NCBI GenBank assembly: GCA_945865905.1
Contig: CAMBFC010000007.1
Span: 7,706 to 71,705, forward strand
Origin: Rickettsia typhi
Lineage (GTDB): Bacteria; Pseudomonadota; Alphaproteobacteria; Rickettsiales; UBA1997
Reading direction: 5' to 3'
Length of the DNA stretch: 64,000 nucleotides
A program made the translations under genes and the position numbers. The notes under the pieces were generated by a model. That model was not told the origin of the DNA, did no database searches, and saw only the letters and a program-made list of their open reading frames with translations. The first letter of the stretch is position 1. The number at the start of each line of letters is the position of its first letter. Shown here piece by piece: positions 10,894-20,663 of this stretch.

Positions 10894-12192
10894 ATGAAAA
10901 TTGCAGTCATTGGTACAGGATATGTTGGATTAGTTTCGGCGGTTTGCTTTGCAAAGCTAGGCCATGAGGTTGTAGGTGTTGATAAGGATGCGGCGAAAAT
11001 TTCTGATCTGCAAAAAAATATCATTCCAATTTTTGAACCGGGTTTAAAAGAGCTTTTAATCGCAGTTAAATCTGATAATAAAATCACTTTTACCACAGAT
11101 CTAAAAACCGCTTTAAATGGTGCGCAAGCAGTGTTTATCGCAGTTGGAACGCCGCAAGATGAAGATGGCAGCGCTGATTTAACCTTTGTAATGGCTGCTG
11201 CGCGTGAAATTGCGCAATTATCTGATGATTATAAAGTCATCGTCACAAAATCCACCGTGCCAGTAGGAACCGGCGCTGTTCTTGAAGGTGTAATCAAAAA
11301 AGCTAATTCACAATTGCAATTTTCTGTCGCTTCAAATCCAGAATTTTTGCGCGAAGGAAGCGCGGTTGAAGATTTTATGGCGCCAGACCGCATAGTTATT
11401 GGATCCAAAGATGATCGTGCTAAAAAAGTTTTAAGTGAAATTTATCAAAAATTTTCAGCAGAAAAAGTTATCCACACCGATATCACTACAGCCGAGATGA
11501 TTAAATATGCTTCAAATTCTTTTTTGGCGACAAAAATTTCTTTTATTAACGAGATTTCTGATCTGTGTGAAAAAACTGGCGGCGATATAAAACAGCTCGC
11601 AAGTGCCATTGGGCTTGATTCGCGCATTGGTAGCAAATTTTTAAATCCCGGTCCGGGGTTTGGAGGATCTTGTTTTCCAAAAGATATTATGGCCATTATT
11701 AATGTGGCAAAAGCAAATAATGTCGAACTGTCTCTGATCAGCTCTGTCATAGCTTCCAATGTGTCGCGCAAGAAAAAAATGGTGCAAAAAATTAGCGATG
11801 CACTTGGCGGAAATATCGCAGGAAAAAAAATCGCGTTGCTTGGCTTGGCTTTTAAAGCAAATACTGATGATATTCGTTACAGCCCTGCTATTTCTATTGC
11901 GCAGGCATTGTTAGAAAAATCAGCAAAAATTAACGCCACCGACCCAGAAGCGATAGAAAATTCGCGCAAAGAATTAGGCGATGTTGAATTTTTTGCCGAT
12001 CATTACCAAGCCATAAAAGACGCGGATTTAATCGTGATCGCAACTGAATGGAAAATTTATTCTGAGCTTGATTTTGATAAAATAAAACAGCTTACAAAAT
12101 CGCGGATTATTGTTGATTTGCGCAATCTTTTGGATTCTGCAAAGGTTGCGGCGGCGGGGTTTCAATATTTTTATATTGGTGGGAAGGTTTAG
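10894..12192 (+). CDS. ugd: UDP-glucose 6-dehydrogenase
   Basis: NAD-binding GTGYVGLV and catalytic-Cys motif GFGGSCFPKD; 432 aa. Confidence 0.9.
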   Translation: MKIAVIGTGYVGLVSAVCFAKLGHEVVGVDKDAAKISDLQKNIIPIFEPGLKELLIAVKSDNKITFTTDLKTALNGAQAVFIAVGTPQDEDGSADLTFVMAAAREIAQLSDDYKVIVTKSTVPVGTGAVLEGVIKKANSQLQFSVASNPEFLREGSAVEDFMAPDRIVIGSKDDRAKKVLSEIYQKFSAEKVIHTDITTAEMIKYASNSFLATKISFINEISDLCEKTGGDIKQLASAIGLDSRIGSKFLNPGPGFGGSCFPKDIMAIINVAKANNVELSLISSVIASNVSRKKKMVQKISDALGGNIAGKKIALLGLAFKANTDDIRYSPAISIAQALLEKSAKINATDPEAIENSRKELGDVEFFADHYQAIKDADLIVIATEWKIYSELDFDKIKQLTKSRIIVDLRNLLDSAKVAAAGFQYFYIGGKV

Positions 12193-12197
12193 AGTTT

Positions 12198-12568
12198 TAG
12201 ATCTCGTTTTACAGCTTAATTATCTGTTGAAATTGAATTTATTTATCGCAAGTAAATCATTTTATTTTGCGCGCAAGCACAGCTACATAAAATGATTTAC
12301 TTGCGATAAATAAATTCAATTTCAACAGATAATTAAGCTGTAACGCACCAATTTTGTTAGTTTGTTTTAAATATTCTGCAAAGGACTTGTTGTTAGTTTT
12401 TTGCAAAAGATTTACGCATTATTCGTAAGATAGATTGATTGTCTAATTAGGGGCTCTGAGGCGAGTTCTGCTTTTATCGCAAGCTACGCTTGCTTTAATC
12501 AGATGAAAGCGGTGTCTGAGCAGCAGAGCCCCTAATTAGACAATCAATCTATCGTGAAAACGAGATCC
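12198..12568. repeat. Composite ~370-bp repeat element: terminus, family-A hairpin A2, spacer, family-B hairpin B1 (inverted core), inverted terminus
   Basis: TAGATCTCGTTTT at 12198 and AAAACGAGATC ending at 12567 are inverted repeats. A2 hairpin 12211-12341 has perfect 54-nt arms around ATTTTGCGCGCAAGCACAGCTACAT. B1 hairpin is 12429-12553. Confidence 0.9.
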
Positions 12569-12621
12569 AAAAACACGCACCACAAAAAATAGTTAAACAT
12601 TAATAATAAGGTTAAAATTGA

Positions 12622-13440
12622 ATGATTAATCGCAAAACTTCAGTTCATCTACAAGATTTTCCTGACACTTCTTTTTTTGATAGCAATCAAGAATTAGTCG
12701 CCGATATGGATCTTGTTCGTGCTATATGCAGCACGGCTCTATCAATTCGTGATAATAAAAATTTGCGCGTGAGATTGCCGTTAAATGAGTTGAAAGTGAT
12801 TGGTAAAATTGCCAATAGAATATTGCCTTTCAAAGAAATTATCGCCGAAGAAGTAAATGTAAAAAATATTGTAATTGAAGAAAAAATCGAAGGAACTGCT
12901 GAGTTAAAATTGCAAATTAATTTCAAAAAAATTGGTGCAAAATATGGTTCGCGAGTTAAAGAAATCAATGAGGCAGCGCGCAAAGGTGAATGGAAAAAAA
13001 TCGCCGAAAAAGAAATTGAAATTGCTGGCATAAAATTGATTGATGATGAGTTTGAAATTAAATTGATGACCAATAATCAGAACGATAAAAAATTTGTGAT
13101 TGCAGCACTTTCAACCAATGATTGCTTGGTTTCGCTTGATATTGAAGTTTCGCAAGAACTTGCTGATGAAGGTGTGGCGCGTGATATTGTTCGCGCAATT
13201 CAACAAAGCCGCAAAACCGCTGATCTTAATGTTTCTGATCGAATTGAAATCATGCTTTTTTCACCAAATAAAATGATTTTGCAAGTGGCAGAAAAATTTT
13301 CTTCTTATATTTTGCAACAGGTTTTAGGCTTGAATTTAAAGGTTGCAAGTGATATCGAAGAAGTTAAGTCGCAAGCAAAATTTTTCTCCGAAACAAAAAT
13401 TGATGATGGCGAAATTGCCATCGGTATCAGCAATAAATAA
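12622..13440 (+). CDS. ileS: Isoleucyl-tRNA synthetase C-terminal fragment (N-terminally truncated; pseudogene or split gene)
   Basis: 272-aa ORF starting ...SVHLQDFPDTS..., matching only the last quarter (anticodon-binding/C-terminal region) of type-2 IleRS. The upstream sequence is repeat element, not ileS. Confidence 0.6.
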   Translation: MINRKTSVHLQDFPDTSFFDSNQELVADMDLVRAICSTALSIRDNKNLRVRLPLNELKVIGKIANRILPFKEIIAEEVNVKNIVIEEKIEGTAELKLQINFKKIGAKYGSRVKEINEAARKGEWKKIAEKEIEIAGIKLIDDEFEIKLMTNNQNDKKFVIAALSTNDCLVSLDIEVSQELADEGVARDIVRAIQQSRKTADLNVSDRIEIMLFSPNKMILQVAEKFSSYILQQVLGLNLKVASDIEEVKSQAKFFSETKIDDGEIAIGISNK

Positions 13441-13446
13441 AAACAA

Positions 13447-14166
13447 ATGCGTCCATCAAAAAGAGCCCCAAACCAAATGCGTCAAGTCACCATCGAAACC
13501 GGCGTCAACAAATATGCCGAAGGATCGTGCCTGATAAAATTCGGCAACACCCATGTTTTGTGCAACGCCTCAGTTGAAGAACGCGTGCCACCATTTTTAA
13601 AAGGAAAAAAACAAGGCTGGGTTTCGGCAGAATATTCGATGTTGCCAAGATCTACTCACTCTAGGATGTCGCGCGATAATAACGGCAGACCAAATGGTCG
13701 CGCGCTAGAAATTCAGCGTTTAATCGCCAGATCTTTGCGCTCAACTATTGATATAAGCAAGCTTGGCGAGCGTCAAATCACTATCGATTGCGATGTGTTG
13801 CAAGCAGATGGTGGAACGCGTTGCGCCTCAATCACTGCCGGTTTTGTGGCGCTAAATTTAGCGGTGAATAAAATTCTCGCGCAAGGCCTAATCAAAGAAA
13901 ATCCACTGACAGGTTCTGTGGCCGCAATATCTTGTGGCATCTACAACGGAGAGGTTGTTCTTGATCTAGATTATGATGAAGATTCAAAATGTGAGGTTGA
14001 CAGTAATTTTATTTTGAATCAAAATGGTGAAATTATTGAAGTGCAGGCCACTGCAGAAAAAGGCTCAATGAGTTTTTTGCAGATGACAAAAATGTATGAA
14101 TTGGCTAAACAAGCGGCTTTAGAGCTGTTAAAAATTCAGCAACAGGCATTAAAACAAATCGCGTAA
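13447..14166 (+). CDS. rph: Ribonuclease PH
   Basis: MRPSKRAPNQMRQV...EGSCLIKFGNTHVLC, with LQADGGTR and GRALEIQRLI motifs; 239 aa. Confidence 0.93.
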   Translation: MRPSKRAPNQMRQVTIETGVNKYAEGSCLIKFGNTHVLCNASVEERVPPFLKGKKQGWVSAEYSMLPRSTHSRMSRDNNGRPNGRALEIQRLIARSLRSTIDISKLGERQITIDCDVLQADGGTRCASITAGFVALNLAVNKILAQGLIKENPLTGSVAAISCGIYNGEVVLDLDYDEDSKCEVDSNFILNQNGEIIEVQATAEKGSMSFLQMTKMYELAKQAALELLKIQQQALKQIA

Positions 14167-14181
14167 CACATCAATAAATAT

Positions 14182-14257
14182 GGCGGGATAGCTCAGTTGG
14201 TAGAGCAGCGGGATCATAATCCGCGTGTCGGGGGTTCGATTCCCTTTCCCGCTACCA
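14182..14257 (+). tRNA. tRNA with CAT anticodon (Met; a lysidine-modified Ile2 cannot be excluded)
   Basis: Hand-folded 76-nt cloverleaf: acceptor GGCGGGA/TCCCGCT, D arm GCTC..GAGC, anticodon loop ATCATAA, T arm GGGGG TTCGATT CCCTT, encoded CCA. Confidence 0.85.
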
Positions 14258-14313
14258 TTTCTTATTTTTTTTGGGATCGCTCGGATATTTTACAAAGATA
14301 ATCTTACAAATTT

Positions 14314-15246
14314 TTATCCGGTAATATGTTCAAACAAAACCGAAGATAAATATCTTTCGCCGCAAGATGGCAAGATAAACACGATTAATTTTTCAGCATT
14401 TTCTGGTCTTTGTGCAACTTGTAGAGCGGCGAAGGCAGCGGCTCCAGAAGAAAGGCCACTTAAAATTCCTTCTTTTAAAGCCAAATCACGCGCAGTTTGG
14501 ATTGCATCTTCATTTGAGACGGTGATTATTTCGTCAATCAGGCTTGTATCAAGGATTGCGGGCACAAATCCTGCGCCGATTCCTTGAATTTTATGTGGCC
14601 CCGGTTGGCCACCAGAAAGCACTGGGCTCGAAGCCGGCTCAACAGCGATGACTTTAAAATTTGGATTGCGTTTTTTTAGAACGGAAGCAATGCCCGTAAT
14701 GGTTCCGCCAGTTCCAACGCCAGAAACTAGAATATCAATTTTGCCATCAGTATCGCGCCAGATCTCTTCAGCTGTAGTGCGCTGGTGAATTTCAACATTG
14801 GCTTTATTGTTAAATTGTTGCAAAATAATTGAATTTTTAATTTCTTTTTGCAGCTCTTCTGCCTTAGCAATTGCACCTTTCATGCCTTTTGCGCCTTCAG
14901 TTAAAACTAATTCTGCGCCATAGGCTTTTAGCAATTTGCGTCGCTCAATTGACATGGTTTCAGGCATTGTGAGCACTAAGCGATAGCCTTTAATTGCCGC
15001 CACAAAAGCAAGTGCAATGCCCGTGTTTCCTGAAGTTGGTTCAATTAATGTATTTTTTTCTGGAGTGATTAGGCCTTTTTTCTCAGCATCTTCTATCATA
15101 TTGGCGCCGATGCGATCTTTTACCGAACTAGCGGGATTAAAAAATTCTACTTTTGCCACTACTTTTGCCGCAGAATTATTCATGCGATTTAGCTGCACCA
15201 AGGGAGTATTTCCAATTAATTCGATAAGATTTTTTGCGATTTTCAT
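14314..15246 (-). CDS. cysK: Cysteine synthase A (O-acetylserine sulfhydrylase)
   Basis: PLP-lysine motif SSVKDR, glycine loop [11 protein letters not shown]-terminus [12 protein letters not shown]. Confidence 0.92.
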   Translation of the reverse strand: MKIAKNLIELIGNTPLVQLNRMNNSAAKVVAKVEFFNPASSVKDRIGANMIEDAEKKGLITPEKNTLIEPTSGNTGIALAFVAAIKGYRLVLTMPETMSIERRKLLKAYGAELVLTEGAKGMKGAIAKAEELQKEIKNSIILQQFNNKANVEIHQRTTAEEIWRDTDGKIDILVSGVGTGGTITGIASVLKKRNPNFKVIAVEPASSPVLSGGQPGPHKIQGIGAGFVPAILDTSLIDEIITVSNEDAIQTARDLALKEGILSGLSSGAAAFAALQVAQRPENAEKLIVFILPSCGERYLSSVLFEHITG

Positions 15247-15475
15247 GAAATTATGATATTTGGTTTAGAAGATGATTCAAAATCCTAGACTCGCACCACT
15301 CTAACTTCAAGAATTTTTAGGAGGAATAAATATGCACATCAAAGACTTGCTTTCGCAAAGTTATTTTATAAAATGATAGCCCATTTTTGATTATGTTAAA
15401 TCAGTTTTAGCAAATCTTAATTTGTTGCAATCGCTCTATTTATATGATTGAGTGAGACTTTTCAATATCCAATTT

Positions 15476-18334
15476 ATGTCGCAGAAATTAGCACAAAACC
15501 AAGAATTTTTCAGCACCAATATTATTTTTATTGAAGAATTATTTCAAAAATTTTCGCAAGATCCATCTTCAATTGATCCATCTTGGGCAAAATTTTTTAC
15601 AGAAAATGTCGATGAAGTTAAATCAATTTTAGCGGATTATAAAGGTCCGTCTTGGGCGGCGCGAGGCTTAAAAATTATTGGTTCAGAAGATTATGATATT
15701 TCTATAAATTCTAAAAGAGAAATTGCAAAAACAAAAGATGTTAAGGGTGAAAAACCAGCAGCAGCAAGCGTTGGCAAAGATTTAAACATTCGTGTTAGCA
15801 ATTTAATTGCAGCCTATCAAAGATTTGCACACTTAGCGGCAAACCTTGATCCGCTTGAGTTGCAGCCCAAAAAATATGTTGCTGAAATTGATCCAAAAAA
15901 TCACGATTTAAACACTGAAGATCTTGAAAAAGAAATCCAATTAAATGGTGTTTTGGCTTTGCAAAAAACAAAAATCTCGCAAGTGATTGAGCGTTTAAAC
16001 CGCTTATACACTGATTCTATCGGCACCGAGTTTGAATATATTTCTAATCGTGAGCAAAAAAAATGGCTCACGCGTGAAACTGAAAACGCGATTCTTTCTG
16101 ATTTAACTAAAGTTGAAAAAACTAAAATTTTAAGTGAAGTTATAAGAACTGAGCGCTTTGAGCAGTTTTTGCATAAGCGTTTTCCGGGAGCAAAAAGATT
16201 TTCGGTTGAAGGTGGAGACGCCGCAATTAGTGCGATTGAAAAGATGATTGATGTTGCGGCAAAAAGTGGCACCAAAAAAATTGTTATTGGAATGGCACAT
16301 CGCGGGCGCTTAAATACCCTTACGGGAGTTATGGGCAAGCCTTATCACCAAATGATAGCTGAATTTCAAGGCACCCCCGGAATGCCTGAAGGTGTTACAA
16401 AATCGGGCGATGTTAAATATCATATGGGCTATGCTTCAACGCGTGAAATTGCTGGCAATAAAGTTGATTTATCTTTGGCGTTTAATCCTTCGCACCTAGA
16501 GGCGGTTAATCCTGTAGTTGCAGGCAGAGTTCGTGCTAAACAAGATTTATATGGAGATTTAGAGCGCAAACAAGCGATGGCTTTGCTGATTCACGGTGAT
16601 GCGGCCTTTGCGGGGCAAGGCTTAGTGCCAGAAACCCTAATGATGAATGGTGTTGCAGGCTATGATACTGGCGGCGTTATGCATTTAATCATTAACAATC
16701 AAATTGGTTTCACTGCTAATCCCACCGATTCGCGCAGCACGCTTTATTGTTCTGATCTTGCCAAGGCAATAGAGGCGCCGATCTTCCATGTTAACGGCGA
16801 TGATGTTGAAGCGGTAGTTAAAGTTACGGATATCGTCACACGCTTCCGTCAAACTTTCAAAAAAGACGCGGTGATCGATTTGATTTGTTATCGTCGTTAT
16901 GGTCACAATGAGGGTGACGAGCCGCTTTACACCCAACCAGTGATGTATACAAAAATCAAAGATCATCCTTCGCTAGAAAAAATTTATTCACAAAAATTAA
17001 TTTCTGAAGGTGCGATTTCTGAAAGCGAATATCAAAAAATGGTCGCAGAATTTGATGCGCATTTAGCAGCTGAATTTGAAAAAGCTAAACAATATAAACC
17101 CCTAGAGCCTGATTGGCTGAAGGGCGATTGGAGCAAAATCAAAAATGGCGATAAATTGCCAATAAAAACTGCCGTTGCCAAAGAAAAACTCAAAGATTTA
17201 ATCGCTAAAACTGCTGAAGTTCCTGCAGGATTCAACGCTAATCCAAAAATTGTAAGACAGCTTGAAGCCAGAAAACAAGCGGTTGCAGCCAATAAAGATA
17301 TTGATTGGGGTTGTGGTGAGGCTTTAGCTTTTGCCAGCTTGCTTGATGAAGGTTATCCCGTTCGTATTACTGGTCAAGATTCTGGTCGTGGCACATTTTC
17401 GCATCGTCACTCGGTTCTTCATGATGCTGTAAGTGGCAAGAAGTATTCAATTTTTTCTAATGTTAGCAAAAAAGCTCAATATGAAGTTCATGATTCGGTG
17501 CTTTCAGAATATGCGGTTCTAGGATTTGAATATGGTTATTCACTCTCAATGCCTTATGGATTAACAATTTGGGAGGCGCAATTTGGTGATTTTGCCAATG
17601 GTGCGCAAATTATGTTCGATCAATTTGTTGCCTCAAGCGAAGTAAAATGGCTGCGCAAATCAAACCTTGTGATGCTAGTGCCACATGGCTATGAAGGACA
17701 AGGCCCAGAGCATTCTTCGGCGCGATTAGAGCGTTATTTGCAAGCCTGTGCTGATGATAATATGCGCGTTTGCAATATCACTTCGCCGGCCAATTTTTTT
17801 CACGCTTTGCGTCGCCAATTGCATTCGCAAGATCGCAAACCATTGATCGTGATGTCGCCAAAATCGCTGCTGCGTCACAAATTAGCGGTTTCTACTTTAG
17901 ATGAATTTGCTGCGGCAAATTTTCATCCAGTAATCAGCGAAACCAATAAAATCAATGCTGCGGATCAAGTTAAAAAAGTAATAATTTGCAGTGGAAAAAT
18001 ATATTACGATTTATTTGAAGCTCGTGAAGCCTCTAAAATCAACGATATAGCACTTATTAGGCTTGAACAACTCTATCCTTTTCCGGCGCAAGAAATTCAA
18101 GATGAATTAACAAAATACAAAAATGCCGAAATTGTTTGGTGCCAAGAAGAGCCTAAAAACATGGGCGCATGGGGTTTTGTCAATGATTTAATTGAAGAAT
18201 CGCTCAACGCTATTAAGCACAAAATTTTGCGTCCAAAATATGTTGGCAGAATAGCCAGTGCCTCTCCGGCCACTGGTTATGGCTCTTATCACGCAAAAGA
18301 ACAGAAAAAATTAGTTGACGAAGCGCTTGCATAA
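15476..18334 (+). CDS. sucA: 2-oxoglutarate dehydrogenase E1 component
   Basis: Large ORF with YRRYGHNEGDEP and HGDAAFAGQG motifs. ATG at 15476 preferred over the GTG at 15452. sucB follows. Confidence 0.93.
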   Translation: MSQKLAQNQEFFSTNIIFIEELFQKFSQDPSSIDPSWAKFFTENVDEVKSILADYKGPSWAARGLKIIGSEDYDISINSKREIAKTKDVKGEKPAAASVGKDLNIRVSNLIAAYQRFAHLAANLDPLELQPKKYVAEIDPKNHDLNTEDLEKEIQLNGVLALQKTKISQVIERLNRLYTDSIGTEFEYISNREQKKWLTRETENAILSDLTKVEKTKILSEVIRTERFEQFLHKRFPGAKRFSVEGGDAAISAIEKMIDVAAKSGTKKIVIGMAHRGRLNTLTGVMGKPYHQMIAEFQGTPGMPEGVTKSGDVKYHMGYASTREIAGNKVDLSLAFNPSHLEAVNPVVAGRVRAKQDLYGDLERKQAMALLIHGDAAFAGQGLVPETLMMNGVAGYDTGGVMHLIINNQIGFTANPTDSRSTLYCSDLAKAIEAPIFHVNGDDVEAVVKVTDIVTRFRQTFKKDAVIDLICYRRYGHNEGDEPLYTQPVMYTKIKDHPSLEKIYSQKLISEGAISESEYQKMVAEFDAHLAAEFEKAKQYKPLEPDWLKGDWSKIKNGDKLPIKTAVAKEKLKDLIAKTAEVPAGFNANPKIVRQLEARKQAVAANKDIDWGCGEALAFASLLDEGYPVRITGQDSGRGTFSHRHSVLHDAVSGKKYSIFSNVSKKAQYEVHDSVLSEYAVLGFEYGYSLSMPYGLTIWEAQFGDFANGAQIMFDQFVASSEVKWLRKSNLVMLVPHGYEGQGPEHSSARLERYLQACADDNMRVCNITSPANFFHALRRQLHSQDRKPLIVMSPKSLLRHKLAVSTLDEFAAANFHPVISETNKINAADQVKKVIICSGKIYYDLFEAREASKINDIALIRLEQLYPFPAQEIQDELTKYKNAEIVWCQEEPKNMGAWGFVNDLIEESLNAIKHKILRPKYVGRIASASPATGYGSYHAKEQKKLVDEALA

Positions 18335-18376
18335 AGTAAAGTTTTATTAAAGTAATAAATTTAATTTTGTAAAAAA

Positions 18377-19594
18377 ATGACAATCGAAATAAAAGTTCCT
18401 GCACTAGGAGAATCAGTATCTGAAGCCACAATTGCTAAATTGCACAAAAAAGTTGGCGATGCAGTAAAAGCTGATGAAATTATCGTTGAATTAGAAACTG
18501 ATAAAGTTACTCTAGAAGTTAACGCACCCTCTGATGGCGTGATCTCAGAGCTTAAAGTTAAAGAAGGCGCTAATGTAAAAGTTGGTGATTTAATCGCTTT
18601 GATGGAAGCTGGCGACGCTAAAATTTCTGTTGTAACAAATGCTGCAACATCGCAAGCCGCGAGTGCCGCAAAATCAAGCTCTCATCTATCTCCAGCGCCA
18701 CAAAAATTAGTTGCTGAAAATAACATTGATGCATCAAAAATTTCTGGCAGCGGCAAAGATGGCCGCGTTACTAAGGGTGATGTGCTTGAAGTTATTGCTG
18801 GTGGCGCAAAAACTTCTGCTGGTGGATCTTTGGCATCAAGCTCGGGCGTTGCTGCAGTGGCAACAAGCGTTGCTTCGTCTTCTGATTTATCTAGCAAACC
18901 AGTTGAGCGTGTAAAAATGTCGCGCTTGCGTCAACGCGTGGCGGAGCGCCTTAAAGAATCACAAAATACTGCCGCAATTCTTACAACTTTCAACGAAGTT
19001 GATATGACTAGCGTGATGGCAATGCGCAGCGAATATAAAGATGTTTTTGAGAAAAAATTTGGCATCAAACTTGGCTTCATGTCTTTCTTTGTAAAAGCCT
19101 GTGTAACCGCTCTACAAGAGATTCCAGCAGTTAACGCCGAAATTGACGGTGATGAAATTATCTATAAAAACTTTTATGATATCGGAGTGGCGGTTGGCTC
19201 ACCGCAAGGGTTGGTGGTTCCTGTTTTGCGTGGCGCTAATCAATTAAACCTAGCGCAAGTAGAAAAAGGAATCGTTGAACTTGGCACCAAAGCAAGAGAT
19301 GGCAAGCTTGCAATCGCTGATTTGCAAGGCGCAACTTTCACTATTTCTAATGGTGGAGTTTATGGATCACTAATGTCAACGCCAATCATCAATCCACCGC
19401 AATCAGGCATCTTAGGCATGCATAAAATTCAAGACCGCGTGATGGTGGTTAACGGCGAAATGAAAATTCGCCCAATGATGTATCTGGCACTTTCTTACGA
19501 TCATCGCATTATTGATGGTAAAGAAGCGGTAACATTTTTGGTTAGGGTAAAAGAAATTCTCGAAGATCCTCGTCGATTGGTGCTTGGATTGTAG
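18377..19594 (+). CDS. sucB: 2-oxoglutarate dehydrogenase E2, dihydrolipoamide succinyltransferase
   Basis: Lipoyl motif [11 protein letters not shown], catalytic DHRIIDG; directly downstream of sucA. Confidence 0.93.
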   Translation: MTIEIKVPALGESVSEATIAKLHKKVGDAVKADEIIVELETDKVTLEVNAPSDGVISELKVKEGANVKVGDLIALMEAGDAKISVVTNAATSQAASAAKSSSHLSPAPQKLVAENNIDASKISGSGKDGRVTKGDVLEVIAGGAKTSAGGSLASSSGVAAVATSVASSSDLSSKPVERVKMSRLRQRVAERLKESQNTAAILTTFNEVDMTSVMAMRSEYKDVFEKKFGIKLGFMSFFVKACVTALQEIPAVNAEIDGDEIIYKNFYDIGVAVGSPQGLVVPVLRGANQLNLAQVEKGIVELGTKARDGKLAIADLQGATFTISNGGVYGSLMSTPIINPPQSGILGMHKIQDRVMVVNGEMKIRPMMYLALSYDHRIIDGKEAVTFLVRVKEILEDPRRLVLGL

Positions 19595-19643
19595 TTTTTA
19601 TAAGATAGTTAAAAAATAGGAACTGTTAACAAAAATATAGCAG

Positions 19644-20423
19644 TTACTTATTTTTTACTATCAAAAATAATCCTAGCAAAATCAGTGGCAGCGATAAAAT
19701 TTGCCCCATTGTGATTTGTGCAAATAAAAACCCAATCTGCTCATCGGGTTCACGAAAATTTTCAATGATCATGCGAGAAATTCCGTAGCCGATTAAAAAC
19801 AATCCGCTCAAGCTTCCGCGGCGTTTTTGAATTTGTGTAAATTTGCTTAATCCAAATAAAATTATAAATAGCAAAATGCCTTCAAGCGCCGCTTCATATA
19901 GTTGGCTGGGGTGTCGTGGTTGCTCTCCAGCATTAGGAAAAATCACGCCAAAGCTAGAGCCTGTTATTCTGCCATAAAGTTCCATATTTATAAAATTGGC
20001 GATTCTGCCAAAAAATAATCCTACGGGAGCAATAATTGCCACTGAATCCATCAATTGCAAAAAATTAATTTTATATTTGCGGGCAAAAAGCCACATTCCC
20101 AAAATTACCCCGCAAAGCCCGCCATGGAAGGACATTCCGCCATGCCATACTGCAAAAATTTCTAGTGGATCGGTGAGAAAATATTCAAAATTATAGAATA
20201 AAACATAGCCAACACGGCCACCTAAAATAATAGAGAGAATAGCCCAGACCAGCCAGTTTTCGTAGGCTTCTGGAGGCATTATTTTATGTTGCTGATTTTG
20301 TTTTTTGAGGAAAAACATTGCGCATAAAATGCCGGCGATATAGGCGAGGGAGTACCATCTGATGGCTAGCGGGCCTAGTTGTATCAAGACCGGATCAATG
20401 TTTGGTAAGATTATTGGAAACAT
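19644..20423 (-). CDS. lgt: Prolipoprotein diacylglyceryl transferase
   Basis: Polytopic, 259 aa, with the Lgt signature GRIANFINMELYGR and HGGLCG. Confidence 0.9.
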   Translation of the reverse strand: MFPIILPNIDPVLIQLGPLAIRWYSLAYIAGILCAMFFLKKQNQQHKIMPPEAYENWLVWAILSIILGGRVGYVLFYNFEYFLTDPLEIFAVWHGGMSFHGGLCGVILGMWLFARKYKINFLQLMDSVAIIAPVGLFFGRIANFINMELYGRITGSSFGVIFPNAGEQPRHPSQLYEAALEGILLFIILFGLSKFTQIQKRRGSLSGLFLIGYGISRMIIENFREPDEQIGFLFAQITMGQILSLPLILLGLFLIVKNK

Positions 20424-20431
20424 GTGCTGAA

Positions 20432-20655
20432 GTTATAAATTTTTGTGCTATTCTATATTGAGAAAATTCAGTTAATTTAGAAAGTAAGTTAATTAGAAGG
20501 AGAGGCTCTGCTGCTCAGACACCGCGTTCATCTGATTAAAGCAAGCGTAGCTTGCGATGAAACGCAGAACTTGCCTCAGAGCCTCTCCTCCTAATTAACT
20601 TACTTTCTAAATTAACTGAATTTTCTCAATATAGAATAGCACAAAAATTTATAAC
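20432..20655 (+). repeat. Family-B hairpin repeat, copy B2, with ~79-nt arms filling the lgt/queC divergent intergenic region
   Basis: Core GGCTCTGCTGCTCAGACACCGCGTTCATCTGATTAAAGCAAGCGTAGCTTGCGATGAAACGCAGAACTTGCCTCAGAGCC, flanked by inverted arms with a single mismatch. Confidence 0.92.
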
Positions 20656-20663
20656 CAGATTTA

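Noticed and set aside
12110-12295. 61-aa ORF spanning the ugd 3' end into repeat A2
   Set aside because: It overlaps ugd out of frame and continues into the hairpin arm, so it is not a plausible gene.
14225-14587. 120-aa ORF overlapping the tRNA gene and antisense to cysK
   Set aside because: It starts inside the tRNA-CAT gene and runs antisense to a strongly supported cysK. It has no recognisable features.
15452-15475. Upstream GTG start for sucA, and similarly the TTG at 44747 for carA and the extended start at 53620 for tmk
   Set aside because: Downstream ATG codons give N-termini that match the conserved beginnings of these families. The tmk extension would also overlap the divergent SDR gene.
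20424-20663. PreQ1 riboswitch upstream of queC
   Set aside because: The leader is fully accounted for by the B2 palindrome. I could not find the small preQ1 aptamer hairpin with its conserved loop and A-rich tail.
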